From: Intoshia linei
Taxonomy: Eukaryota > Animalia > Orthonectida
Reading direction: 5' to 3'
DNA length: 37,123 nt
Assembly: GCA_001642005.1 (NCBI GenBank)
Contig: LWCA01000245.1
Coordinates: 1-37,123 of the forward strand
In this document: piece after piece, positions 13,031 through 24,423 of the stretch
How positions within the stretch are numbered: position 1 is the stretch's first letter
Layout: each line of letters opens with the position of its first letter
Notes under the pieces: model-generated
Database searches by the model: none
What the model was told of the DNA's origin: nothing
The model's input: the letters and a program-made list of their open reading frames with translations, nothing else
Position numbers and translations under genes: made by a program

Positions 13031-13375
13031 CAGCGGATCCCAAATAAACATACTGGAACCCCTAGAGACACCAGAAAATATTTTAGAGTGCCAGCTCGTC
13101 TGATACTATGACTCATAAATTATATATATTGTTTTAAATCTTGAAAATAATTGAAAATAAAAATTAATTTGTAATAATATACTTAGTTCGATATGTATTT
13201 ACGTCTATTTGATAGTCTCTGTATTTTTAAGATTGTATATTAAATACATTTACGCCCTTATTCCGTCAATTCAATCATTAACGATTTTTTAGATATCTAT
13301 TTTTGGTCAAGTAGAGTTTTAACAATTTTTTTTTTAGTTTGGGGTATTAACTGTGAAGTATGTTGGGAACCGCTG
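13031..13375. mobile_element. hAT (Charlie-like) MITE
   Basis: TIRs CAGCGGATCCCAA / TTGGGAACCGCTG. Perfect 8-bp TSD TTATAGTA (13023-13030, 13376-13383). Confidence 0.9.
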
Positions 13376-14202
13376 TTATAGTACAATATAATATATTTAT
13401 AAATATTTTTTTTTAAAAAATTTCTTACGTGGAATAATATATTCTTCAACAACGAAAACGGATCTTTTAACACTTGATGATGAGGTTTGACTGTTCAATA
13501 ACTGTGCATAAGTTTTAGGTGATTTGATTTCACACAGTATAATTGAAAAGTGTTATTTTATATTATCGTTTTAGGTATATTCGTTAGGAGAATAAACATT
13601 TTTTTAAATTATGACTTTAATAATATTATTATGAAAATTATGTCAGAAATATGACATTTATGACTTTTTAAAAATCGATATACCCCATTAAATGCGTTTA
13701 TTAGAGTTCCATATTACATTTCTAACATTTTTTTATTATTAAAAAAAAAAATTATTTTTATGACATTGTTCGCCCTAATTATTATGTACGAGCTTAACTG
13801 TTATGTACTTTGTACAAACAGTAACAAGCTAAATCGGTACCGACGGTCGATTTCTTAATTTTTAGACTGATTTTTTAATTGAGTATAGACCATGAGTTTA
13901 TAATCTTAAAAACAATCCAATTATAGTTACACCCTAAAAAATCTTCATAAATTACATGAATTCCAGAACAAATTAAAATTTTAATACGTGTAGTAAATAA
14001 TTTTTTCTTCTATCATGCATTTCGGATAAAGCAATGTATTGCAATGTTATCATCATGTAAAATTTATATAAATGTGAAAATTACAAAGTTATACTTAAGT
14101 TGATTATTATGATATAAATAATAATAATACAATTGTATTGACATATTTATTTATTTACTTTCAAATTACTTTACATATTTATTTTAAATTAAAATATAAA
14201 TA

Positions 14203-14700
14203 ATGTCAAAGATTTTCTGTCTGACGACCAGTATTTTATTGTGTTGCTTTAACGCCGTTCGGATGGATTATGCAAATATAATTGAATATGATATTAAAAT
14301 TTTCGGTAATTTTGCTTTGAATAAATATGATTATAACATCAATGAAATTATATTCCTGGATTTGGGAGCCTACAGTATATCAGAACTAGTCCTGAAGTTT
14401 GTTATTGGAATTCATACATTGATATTGAATGCAACCTGAAAGGAGATATCAAAATTAATAAATAACTCATGGCTTCTTTATAATGAAGTATATATTATTT
14501 CACAGTTTTTAATTCTATTATAGTTTATGGATGATATTGTAGACAGGTATGATAATTTTGAAAAATTTATGTATTCTGTATTACTGGTTGAAATATATAG
14601 TGTTATACATTCAAGACTTACCAATTACCTGTTTTCAGAGTTTAATATGATTTCAAAGATGTTAATGAATATAGTTTGTCAATATATATTCATTAATTGA
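14203..14700 (+). pseudogene. Possible decayed secreted/surface protein gene (signal-peptide-like start, weak LRR-like motif)
   Basis: ATG after an AT-rich leader. MSKIFCLTTSILLCCFNA resembles a signal peptide and IIFLDLGAYSISEL resembles LxxLxLxxNxI. TGA at 14437-14439 is followed by more coding-looking sequence in broken frames. Confidence 0.3.
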
Positions 14701-15096
14701 ATTTATCAAACTTAATTCACATTTACTGAAATTTTCAAGTGGAATAATAAGTTCAATAATAAAATAAAACATCAAATCATCCAATTTCTCAACATTATTA
14801 ATTTTATCTTTCAGTGAAATTGATTTTTCCATTTAACACTCTTAATGTAATCATTTAATGTAATATGTAGAGCTCTCGGTAACTTTAGTTATTATTATCA
14901 CGAAAATGAAATACACGAAATTGTTAATTTAAAATTTAATTCGTAATTTTTGTATATCCGTCTGTTAACATTTATTTAAGAAACTAAAGGTGTAGAGTTT
15001 AAAAAATAGCAATTTTTAATACAGTGTTTACATTATACGTCAATTTATTTGCCTAATAATTCATGGATAACAACAATTTTATTAGTTTACACATTT

Positions 15097-18000
15097 TTAG
15101 CATTTTTCTTTATTTTTCGATAATTTAATTTGTTCGCGTATTTCATCCATCAGCATATCATGAACAAAATCATTCCACTAAGTTAAATACAGATATATAA
15201 TTATATACAAAAATATAAACCACAGACAACAATAACCAAAATGTCCATATTAAAATCCCCTTGAAATCAATTATAAATTTTATTTTTATTACCAATTAAA
15301 TTAAAAAACAATTAAGTTTAAACAATTACCCAAAATATTTTTATTCCGTTAACAAAAGTGTGTTATTTAAAAAATTCCATTTTAACGGAATTGAAAATTT
15401 TGAAATTCCGTTAATGAGAGAAGGACTTAGACTCTAAAACTTAGAGTCTAAGTAGGGGTTCCCACACTTTTTTCACGACGAACCGTAAATAGATTATAAA
15501 ATTTAACGCAGACCATTAAAGTGAAATTACTAGGCAACATTAAAAAAATTTGATACAAAACGGTAATAGATTAGTAAAAAAAATTTAATTTGACATTTGG
15601 GAAAAGGTGGACTAAGTCTTAGACTGTACTATGCCAAAATTGTTACAAAGCGTGTTTTTAATTGATTATTATTTATATTATCTTTATAGCTAAAAACATG
15701 ATAGACATTTACATTTTAAAAGTTTTAATTTAAAGAAACTCTGCTTTAGAAAAAATTATTTATAAATAAAACATATGAAAGTATTATAATTTGCATTAAT
15801 GTGGGTTTAGATTTTTTAATTTTTTATGGATTTTTACCTAACATACACCACACACACCTAAAATCATGAGGGCCCGATTATAAGGCCAGTATTTTAATTT
15901 ATTGTATTTATTATCAATTAATTTAATTTATTATTATAGGCCAATGTAAAGTTATAATTTTCTTATTTTTGAGAATTTTAATAAATTTATAATTTTTTAA
16001 TTATAATTTTATTTTTTTAATATTTGAAAAATATTGGTTGATAATATATTAAAAATTATTTTTCACCGGGAATGCGTAGATTTCTGCAGTTGAAATTTTG
16101 CATTTATGTCAACTGAAATAAGCTCTATCAGAATAATTTTTTTTTTTTTAATTTTCGGACAGTTAATTCTGTCATATTTTTTGTTTTAATAAAATATTTC
16201 GGAAAAAAATATATGAATACTAAAATGTTTTTTTGACCGTTAAGGCGTCACTTATTCAGATTGAAATTTGTTGTGTGTGTTAACAGGATACAACTGTACC
16301 ATTTGTAAATTTTTTTAAATTCTAGGGTTGTTTTTATAAAGACAGGGTAATTTGTGGTTTTGGCCCTAAAGATATATTTTTTTTTAATTTAAATTTATAA
16401 TAATATTTATGATTTTAAAATCAGTATCAGAGTGTATATTTTTTTTAATTCTAGAACTCGTTTGATTTTCAAAAAAAGGACAATTGGGCTTTTTAACCCG
16501 TAAGATGTGAGTTTGAGAGGTTGAAATTTATTTTTCTAACACCCGGAACTAACTAAAATTAAAATGTAAGGATAATTTGAACGACAAAATTACATCTTGT
16601 TTGAGTAAATCGACTAAAACGGCATTACAGGTAATAGGATTACACGTCGTATACTTTGATTCATCTTTAACACGTTGTAGATAATTTGAAATATTAATTT
16701 TGTCATTAATGGTGGTGAATTTGTAAACCTTTTCATTGCTTTTTGTTTTAGTTTTCACAACATTTCCTTTACATTTAATTTTAGTTTTAATTTTTTTTTC
16801 TACGGGAACATAAATGTTTTTAACAATATTATAAAACTGTTCTCCGTATACATCATGATTGTAATAATTAATCTAAAATAAATAGATAAATATTAATCAT
16901 CATTGAATATTCATTATTACCTTTTTCATCTTTTTTATTTGGTCAGATGAATAAAAATCAAACATATTGATAATGTATTGATAAATTTTAAAACAGCTTG
17001 TTTTGTTGCACTTTTCGCGAAGTTTAATAAATATATAACTTGTAAACATTTTTAATTTTTTATTCATTTTATATCGTACAGATTTGTTCAAGATAAAATC
17101 CATCAAAGAATATCCATTTATCCAATTATGATTACGGTCAGATTCATTATGTTGAGTGTTTATACTGTTTCGAGTAGTTTTAGAATTTCGAGAATTTGGA
17201 GAATCTTTATTTGGAATACAATTTTCGCAAAAAGCCAAAATTTGAACTTGATCAAGATTAGTATTTAAAATTGCGTTTAATAGTAATTCTATATACAACA
17301 TTTGCAAATGATTTGACCATTCGAAAAAATTTACGGATAATTTTTTAAATAATAAAAAATTTTCTGATTTGTATGTCATTTTATATGTCAATATTAATAT
17401 TAAGAAAGATTCCCTAAAATATAAAAAATTTAACTAAAAGTGAAAAATACCTTTTATTATTCATGTCAAAATTAATGTTGCAATTATTTCGAATATTTTG
17501 ATAAATATCAAGTAATTTTCTTTCCAGTTCCAAATAATTTTTCTAATTTAAATGTTTATAATTTTATAAAAATAAAAATAACTTGATCTTCAATAGAATG
17601 ACAAAATTCGACTAAAATTAATGAATCTTGAATAGATTTATACAAGAAAGTATCAATTTCAGTGTAACTATTTTTTAATGAAATTATTGTTCGTTTAATT
17701 TGTTCCAAAGTAGCCACGTATATATAATTTTTTTTGTCGGTTAATTTGACCAAAAATATTCTACAAATCAGTTCACTTATTAAAACCCACATGTTGATTT
17801 CTTGTAAATTGTTCATTTCATTTTCGTTTGTCAACAATTTAAAATTTTTAAATAATAATTCATAGCAAATGTTTATGTCGTAGCTTTTGGGTGAGTTGTT
17901 TTTTAAAGAATCAGATATTATACCAATAAATTCTAAATACCGTATTTAATTTTTTAAATTTTACAATTTACTCTCTCTACACCAGTGGTTCCCAAACTTT

Positions 18001-19266
18001 TTCCACCATGGATCACTTGTCACAAAAAAATCCCCTTAATCCTGAACACGTCATTAAGGTAATATTTTGATTTTTTTATTACGTATTTCTCCTTAAATCG
18101 AAAATTTTGCATTAATTTTGATAAGTTAGCTTCAATGGCTTTTAATTCTAATGGCAATTAAAAAATTCTTAATTTCAAACATACTTATGGCGAACTACCA
18201 GTCCTGTATGCTAGATCCTCTCACCGAGGGATCTCGACGAAATTTTTTTTAAAATGGAGGCTTTAATTTACCAAATTAAGCATTAAAAAAAATGTTGAAT
18301 ATCAACTAATTTGAGTGTTAAATTTAAAATGTCAACTGAAGAGTCTTAGAAAGGTGGATAGGGTTATATGACCTTATAATTCGTTTACAAATTTTTTTAT
18401 TGGGCTATTTTTCATTTTCGAAGTGGCGACGGGTTCGCTAGGTTTAATTTCGGAAACTACAATCGAACTAAGTTAAATCGTTGTATAGATTAAATTTAAC
18501 GCACGTAAAAATTATTCACGTTATTCAGTAAATTTTCACTTCATTTTGATGATGTTTACGTTCACTAATAATAATAATAAATGATCGATACAATTCTAAT
18601 TTATTATTATTGTTAAAAAAAGGTTATCTTCATTTTATTTAAAATTTTCCTTGTGGACCACCTATAATTTCCTGTGGACCACTTTGGGAACCACTGCTCT
18701 ACACCTAGAGAGAATGATAAGATTGCATAGTTTTGGCATCACAATGTATTTATAATGGAGAATTCGATGAGATAGATACACGATATATTTCAACGACGTT
18801 TATTATTTTTATAGAAAAGGTTTCATACATTAATCCAATGGTCCCGTTAATAAAAAATACTTTTCCATTCAAATCTATGACAATCTATAGAATTGGCGAA
18901 TTGTAGAGAGAATACTGTATTTAAAATGTCAATGTTACCCAATAAATTTTCATTTTTATTTGAAATGAAATTTTGAGATATTACAATAGTTGATAGTAAA
19001 TTTTTGTTGCACTTTTGCTAATACAAAATATTTTAAATAAAATTCAAAAAATTTACTTTTAAAACTGTAATAAATTTTTCATAGTCATATGGCACATTTT
19101 TTCGATTTTCCTTTCTATTATATTTGGTTAATTTTAAAACGTGGTTTTATTACTTTTTTGCGTTTTTTTGTTTGTATTTTTCTTGTATCCGCTTTTGTAA
19201 TATTTCTTGATGTCGCGATGATACTATCCCAAAACGATACTTGTGTAAATGTTTCACTATTGGCAT
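15097..19266 (-). CDS. Uncharacterised 545-aa protein, 9 exons
   Basis: Stop-free, phase-consistent model: 19266-19154, 19114-19057, 19017-18939, 18874-18782, 17932-17583, 17542-17451, 17413-16921, 16872-16594, 15177-15097 (MPIVKHLHKYRFGI...REQIKLSKNKEKC*). Exon 4 boundaries are least certain. No family recognised. Confidence 0.7.
16020..16547 (-). mobile_element. Helitron family A internal fragment (intronic)
   Basis: Closely matches 29650-30165 and the reverse complement of 8700-9010. Termini absent. Confidence 0.75.
17983..18696. mobile_element. hAT (Charlie-like) MITE
   Basis: TIRs CAGTGGTTCCCAAA / TTTGGGAACCACTG. Perfect 8-bp TSD CTCTACAC (17975-17982, 18697-18704). Confidence 0.92.
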
Positions 19267-20388
19267 TTTACATGATTAGTATAAATTTTGTTTTAATATT
19301 CTTTTAATTTTGTAGATTTTTAATAACTAGTTTACACAAGTTATCACAATTAAAAATTTACATGTATTTTTTATTTAAATATTTTTAGTAACAATTTTAT
19401 AATAATAAAAGGTTACTAGGTATAATTATAACACACATTTATTGATTACTACAACTATTTGTACTAAGTAGATATGTAGTAATTTTTGATATAATACAAA
19501 ATATATAAATATACATTTTGTATATAATATTATATTGTATTATGTTATTATATAAAAAATTAAATGTAATAATTTAAAAGGTGCTTTAGGGTGGTTTTTA
19601 TACTAATCTAAAATTTTTTTTAATATTATGATAATTTTTTTTACAATATTTAAATACGGGACTTAAGGGAATTTGTATATAATCCTATAAAAGGTTGTTT
19701 TTTTAGCGAATTAATTTTTTTAACCAAATTTTAAAGAGGTTTTAATGATGATTTTTTAAAGTAAGCTATAAAATGGCTTTAGCGTCATTTTTTCTACAAA
19801 TACATACAGTATTCTCTCTATAACTCGCCAATCTTGGGATTTCGAAAAAGTTGGCGAGATAAAGAATTTAAAACTATAGAAACAACAGATAGAATCTTTA
19901 AATGAACGGTTAAATTAGAGTGTCCAATTGACAGTGTCCATAAGTACACATAAATACCATAAATAATTTTAGTCAATATTTTACTTGTAATTTTTCATTC
20001 TTAATAAAATGAAGTTTTAATAAATTTATATTCAAAACACACTTTATTGAGTTTAATTTAGATCACTTGAAATTTATTAATTAATAAAAATTAATTATTT
20101 TTTAATTATGCAATAAATATTAATAATAATTATAAAGAGAGTTTTATTGAATTTTACAAACATTTGGAAAATGATAGTGAATTATGTAAATAAATAATTT
20201 TCAATTAAAACAGTGCTTCTCATGGGGGTGACTGGTCATCTGTGTTGTAGATACCACTAACATTCAGAAATAAAAAAATACAATAATTGTGATTGCCATA
20301 ATTTATTTATTGATTAGAATATCAATTAGATGAGCAACTTTAAAAAAAAATTTGATTTTGAAATTTGGTTAATAAATAAATTAAATCA

Positions 20389-21234
20389 GATACATATGTA
20401 CATCCTGGAATATCTAAAACCTACAATCTCATTCGAAACAGATACTTGTGGCCTAAAATGTACAATCAAATCAAACAATTCATAATTCGATGCACAAGTT
20501 GCAATCAGGCGAAACAAAGAAACCAAAACACTACCAAGTTAATGAAACCGGTGATCACACATTGTTTCAATAATCTCTGGCAATTGGATATCATGGGTCC
20601 ACTACCTACATCACAAAAAGGAAACAAATATATTTTATCAATGATAGACCATTTTACAGGTTATCCCGAATTAGTACGTATATCATCCATAGACGCAAAT
20701 ACGATCGCAGAACAAATATTTAAAAAAATAGTTATCAGATATGGACCACCAAAACAAATTCAAACCGACCAAGGAAAGCAATTTGAATGTTCAATAATCC
20801 ATGAAGCTCTGTATACTTTTCAATATCAACAAAACAGCATCAGAACCCTAACACACATCAACAAATAGGTAAAGTAGAACGACTACATCGCACAATAATG
20901 GAAAACTTACGCATCATTTGCAAAAACAACTACACAAATTGGGATGATAAATGTAGCTTTAGCTATGAGGATGTTGCCGTCAAGTAGCAACAACACATCT
21001 CCAATAAATATCCTATATAATCATGATTTTGATAAAAAAAAGTATAATAACATGATTTTTTATAGAAACAAATACATAGGACGAATGAAAAAAAACCATG
21101 ATTCACGAGTACAAAAATCAAAGTCATACCACACTGATAATTATTTATCGAGCAAACCTATAACTTCCAAATCTCAGCAGCGATACAAGAGGAAATCTAA
21201 AACCCCTCACGATTCGATAATTTTTTATTATCTT
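20389..21234 (+). pseudogene. Ty3/Gypsy LTR-retrotransposon integrase remnant
   Basis: HPGISKT...WPKM...CTSC zinc finger; WQLDIMGPLP, IDHFTGY, QTDQGKQF and (after frameshift/stop) GKVERLHRTI give the DDE triad. No RT/RNase H upstream. Confidence 0.92.
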
Positions 21235-21245
21235 AAGAGGGGAGG

Positions 21246-21432
21246 TGTAATAATATACTATATTCAAATACTGAAGTATATTATTTATTACCATATAAAC
21301 TAAACTAATATTAATATTTAGTAGCCACATAATCAATTATCACTCACTGGATAGCAGATATTATTTTTATTGTTTAATTCTGTGAATAAAACATTTGATA
21401 GTTACATTACTTGTTATAGACATATCATTACA
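21246..21432 (+). mobile_element. 3' LTR (187 bp) preceded by polypurine tract
   Basis: PPT AAGAGGGGAGG (21235-21245) abuts TGTAATAATAT...ATATCATTACA inverted termini. Internal AATAAA at 21385-21390. Confidence 0.85.
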
Positions 21433-21511
21433 GAGTAATTTCCGATGACAATGTAATGATATATCGCTATCATACTAATCGAGATTCAAATATATAATTT
21501 TGATATAATTT

Positions 21512-21582
21512 GTCTAACTGGCAGAGTGGTTATAGTCATATAATTTATTCTGCGTGGCTAGGTTCGAATCGAGATTTGGACA
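21512..21582 (+). pseudogene. tRNA-like sequence (pseudo-tRNA or SINE head)
   Basis: A box TGGCAGAGTGG, B box GGTTCGAATC, acceptor-like pairing GTCTAA/TTGGAC and a T-run downstream. The anticodon and T stems are broken. Confidence 0.6.
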
Positions 21583-22797
21583 TCTTTTTATTTAAGATAA
21601 ACTTATCAGACTTCTTATCTGCCAATCGTTACAGACAAACATATTACTATATATATTAGAGCAAAAAAAAATCCAAAGGGATTTTTCAAAATAATATTGC
21701 TAAAATGTTATTTCCATAAGGGTTGGTAAAATTGGGTTTTTTCACATATTTAACTAAATTGAATAAAATATGTTAAAAATTTATCATTCACCCCCTCATA
21801 AAAATATTCACCCCTTGGGGTGACCAGTCACCCCATGAGAAGCACTGCTCTAATCTAAATATCTTCAGTACCAACATTACAATCTATCTTATGAAAAAAT
21901 CCATCTATACAACTGAAATTAATTGTTATTTTTTTAATTCAATATTTTTTAAAAATTACATTATTTAAATTTGTAATTAAAAAATGGGTTTACTAAATAG
22001 TAAATAGAAAAAAATATAAATACAATTTTTTGGAAGTGTAATATACAGATTCCCCTTTTTTAAATAAATGCATTATCCATCTACATTATTAAACCTTCTC
22101 TTTTGCGATTTAGAAGCATTTTAAATTTCAACGTGATTTAAAACCTAAGTGCATAAAATCGTAACTAATTTTGAAAAATGGTTTTAGTTTTATATTTTAA
22201 CTTAATGGCGAGTTATAGAATAAAATGTTAATATTTCCATATTACAATAATAATCATTTGGCGAGAATATTGAATACTGTATGAGTAAATGGAGATTCAG
22301 GGTGATTTTTTTATAAACCTATAATATATTGTTTTTTTGGTGAATTAATTTTTTTACCATATTTTAAAGAGGTTTTTATGATAATCCCATAAAAGGTACA
22401 TAATACATAACTATACTATGTATATTAAAAAATAAATATAAAAATGTATTTATTTATTTTAGAAAACGGGTCATGATCTAGAATCTGTATTGTAGATTTT
22501 AACTGTTTTGATCAAACATTACATACAGTTAATGATAAAGTGGTAAAATAACTGTAATAAATGTGCTTGTGCAATGAGAAGTACGCATAAAACAGAAATT
22601 TAGGTGAAATATATTTCAAGTAATAAAATATATTACTCCAGATAAAATGAATTCACATACTTTTGATTAAAAAGTAAAATTTAAAAGCCAAAAACTTGGA
22701 ACAAAACAGTTTTAATTTGAGTTAATAGTGCAGTGTTCTGGTATATACTTCATAATTGATCATATTGAAATGCGAAATATATTTTCATAATTTAAAA

Positions 22798-23435
22798 ATG
22801 ACAAGTATGCAACCAATAAACAATATGGAAGGTTTGCCCGCTATGCCACTCGCTAAGCCCATTCAAATGGCTCAGCCGGGTGTAGGACAAACTACTGTTG
22901 TCATTCAAAACTTTCAAACCCCCTCATCGCATTTGGCTTTGGCAATTTTTGTTACAATTTTATTTTTGGTTATTATATTACAAATTATAATTATTAATAT
23001 GATTATATTAAAAGTTTTAGGTTTAATTGCAATTCTTTTTTCTGTAATGTCATCCTCTGCAGCAGACGAAAACAATATGGTAGATGCAAAATCGAAAGGA
23101 AAAATATCCTTGTATTTATCTATTACTGGCAAAATTGTGACACTAATAGTGGCTGTTATTTTGATTGCATATTTTGTCCAATTATCTGTGAATACTATAT
23201 CTAATCTCAGTACTGTCGACTCATTAAATAATGCTCTACCTAATTCAAACTTATATACATCGATATTAATTCAATAACAGCCGATATTAGCACGATTGCG
23301 ACAATCGCAAATTTTAATTTTTATTCTACTGTCGCACCTATACTGAACTATCCTGAGTTAGATACATATTATGGTCAATACGGCGATCTAAGTTCTCAGA
23401 TTAATGATATGCTCGCTACATTTTCATACCCATAA
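22798..23435 (+). CDS. CD225/dispanin family membrane protein (PRRT/SynDIG/IFITM-like)
   Basis: Pro/Gln-rich N-terminus, then PSSHLALAIFVTILF...LGLIAILFSV...DAKSKGKISLYLSITG plus a TM helix, which is the CD225 pattern. A possible intron 23210-23280 extends the ORF to ...LATFSYP*. An intron-like 46-nt insert at 22969-23014 cannot be spliced in frame, so the gene may be damaged. Confidence 0.75.
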
Positions 23436-23518
23436 CGTTTCCTCTCTTCCTCGTAACGTTTTAACGAATATTTACACAATAAAAATATATTTTGGTTTAT
23501 TTTATTAACAGTAAATAT

Positions 23519-23570
23519 CAGTGGCGTAGCGTCATAGTATGCAAGGTGTGCGCCGCACACCTTGCAAAAT
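23519..23570 (+). mobile_element. Solo hAT-type left end
   Basis: CAGTGGCGTAGCG terminus followed by the hairpin TGCAAGGTGTGCG-C-CGCACACCTTGCA. No matching right TIR found. Confidence 0.55.
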
Positions 23571-23947
23571 TTAAAAAAATTATATTTTTAACATATAAAT
23601 TAATAACACATTTGAACATGTAAATATAATTTTTATAATTTTAGTTCGATATCATATCATGGTTCATATAAAATGTCAATAATAAATTATCTGTCAAAAT
23701 CTATCTTTAAAAAACATCAGTACACAATTTCAAACTTGTAATAAAATTCAATTAGAATAAATTTACATCGTAAAAATTTGATAAATATTTTCTATAGAGA
23801 TTTAAATTCTAAAATTACACTCAAATCAAATTAAATCTATAAAAATTTTTTTATTTTGGGGGGGGGGCCCAAAGTAAATTATATGGCCCATAAAAAATTT
23901 TATATATATTTCAATGTATTAATATATAATTTATTTCGATTACATTA

Positions 23948-24135
23948 ATTCTCTTGTAGTTTTATTTAATGACTCACAAAACAGATATTCCTCCTTAATG
24001 TTATCATTCACAACATATCTTGCAAACACATCAGTGGATTCGTCTAATTATAATGTAAATTTTACTAGGCTTTTTCGAAGTTCATCCATAACTTAAAGTT
24101 CGATAACTTCTGCTAAATTTTTAATCCTTTTACAA
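23948..24135 (-). pseudogene. hAT Charlie/Buster (ZBED5/SCAND3/FAM200-type) transposase fragment
   Basis: Translates RIKNLAEVIEL*...KFTL*LDESTDVFARYVVNDNIKEEYLFCESLNKTT, matching the family's first catalytic-Asp region, with stops and deletions. Confidence 0.8.
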
Positions 24136-24213
24136 AGGAACTGATTTAAGTGCCCCATTTTGTTTTTCGCCAAGTAGAAGTTCTGTATCGAAACGTCTTC
24201 TTTTTCAAAATTA

Positions 24214-24423
24214 TTAATGTGTATTGTAGTACATAATATACTTCTTAACATCATCTGGTAAAAATTGCCTCTGTTTAGTTAGCAATTTTTTTAACAAACT
24301 GAAACTCTGTTCAACACCATTTATCGTAGATGGCGCTTTTCTTAATAAATTGTATAGATAAGGTAGTATTTGTTTAATTTTATTGTTCATTATATCATAA
24401 ATATCATTTTTTTCAAGTCGAAT
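24214..24423 (-). pseudogene. hAT transposase C-terminal dimerisation-domain fragment (CGGBP-like type)
   Basis: RLEKNDIY...LLRKAPSTINGVEQSFSLLKKLLTKQRQF..DDVKKYIMYYN* matches P-x-T/S-xx-VERSFS-xx-K-x-L-xxx-R. Confidence 0.7.

Larger units (their letters stand above)
20211..21847. mobile_element. hAT-type element with ~27-bp TIRs enclosing a retroelement fragment
   Basis: CAGTGCTTCTCATGGGGGTGACTGGTCA ... TGACCAGTCACCCCATGAGAAGCACTG. The flanking 8-mers (AATTAAAA / CTCTAATC) do not match. Confidence 0.75.
19807..22279. mobile_element. Tc1/pogo-type MITE (TA-flanked) carrying nested elements
   Basis: TA|CAGTATTCTCTCTATAACTCGCCAA ... TTGGCGAGAATATTGAATACTG|TA, with subterminal TGGCGAG repeats at about 19853 and 22206. 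Confidence 0.7.

Noticed and set aside
15340-15620. Clustered palindromes (TTCCGTTAA/TTAACGGAA; ACTTAGACTCTAA..TTAGAGTCTAAGT) as structured ncRNA
   Set aside because: They adjoin a hAT-like end (TAGGGGTTCCCACAC) and a similar palindrome recurs at ~36010, so MITE debris is the simpler explanation.
17975-18704. Introner-like intron gain, since the hAT TSD reads GTGTAGAG on the gene strand
   Set aside because: The frame leading to that GT contains stops. A stop-free model uses the donor at 18781, which places the MITE inside a pre-existing intron.
20389-21234. Ginger DNA transposase or domesticated GIN1-like integrase
   Set aside because: It is followed by a PPT and a TG..CA LTR and carries a frameshift/stop, so it is a dead LTR-retrotransposon piece.
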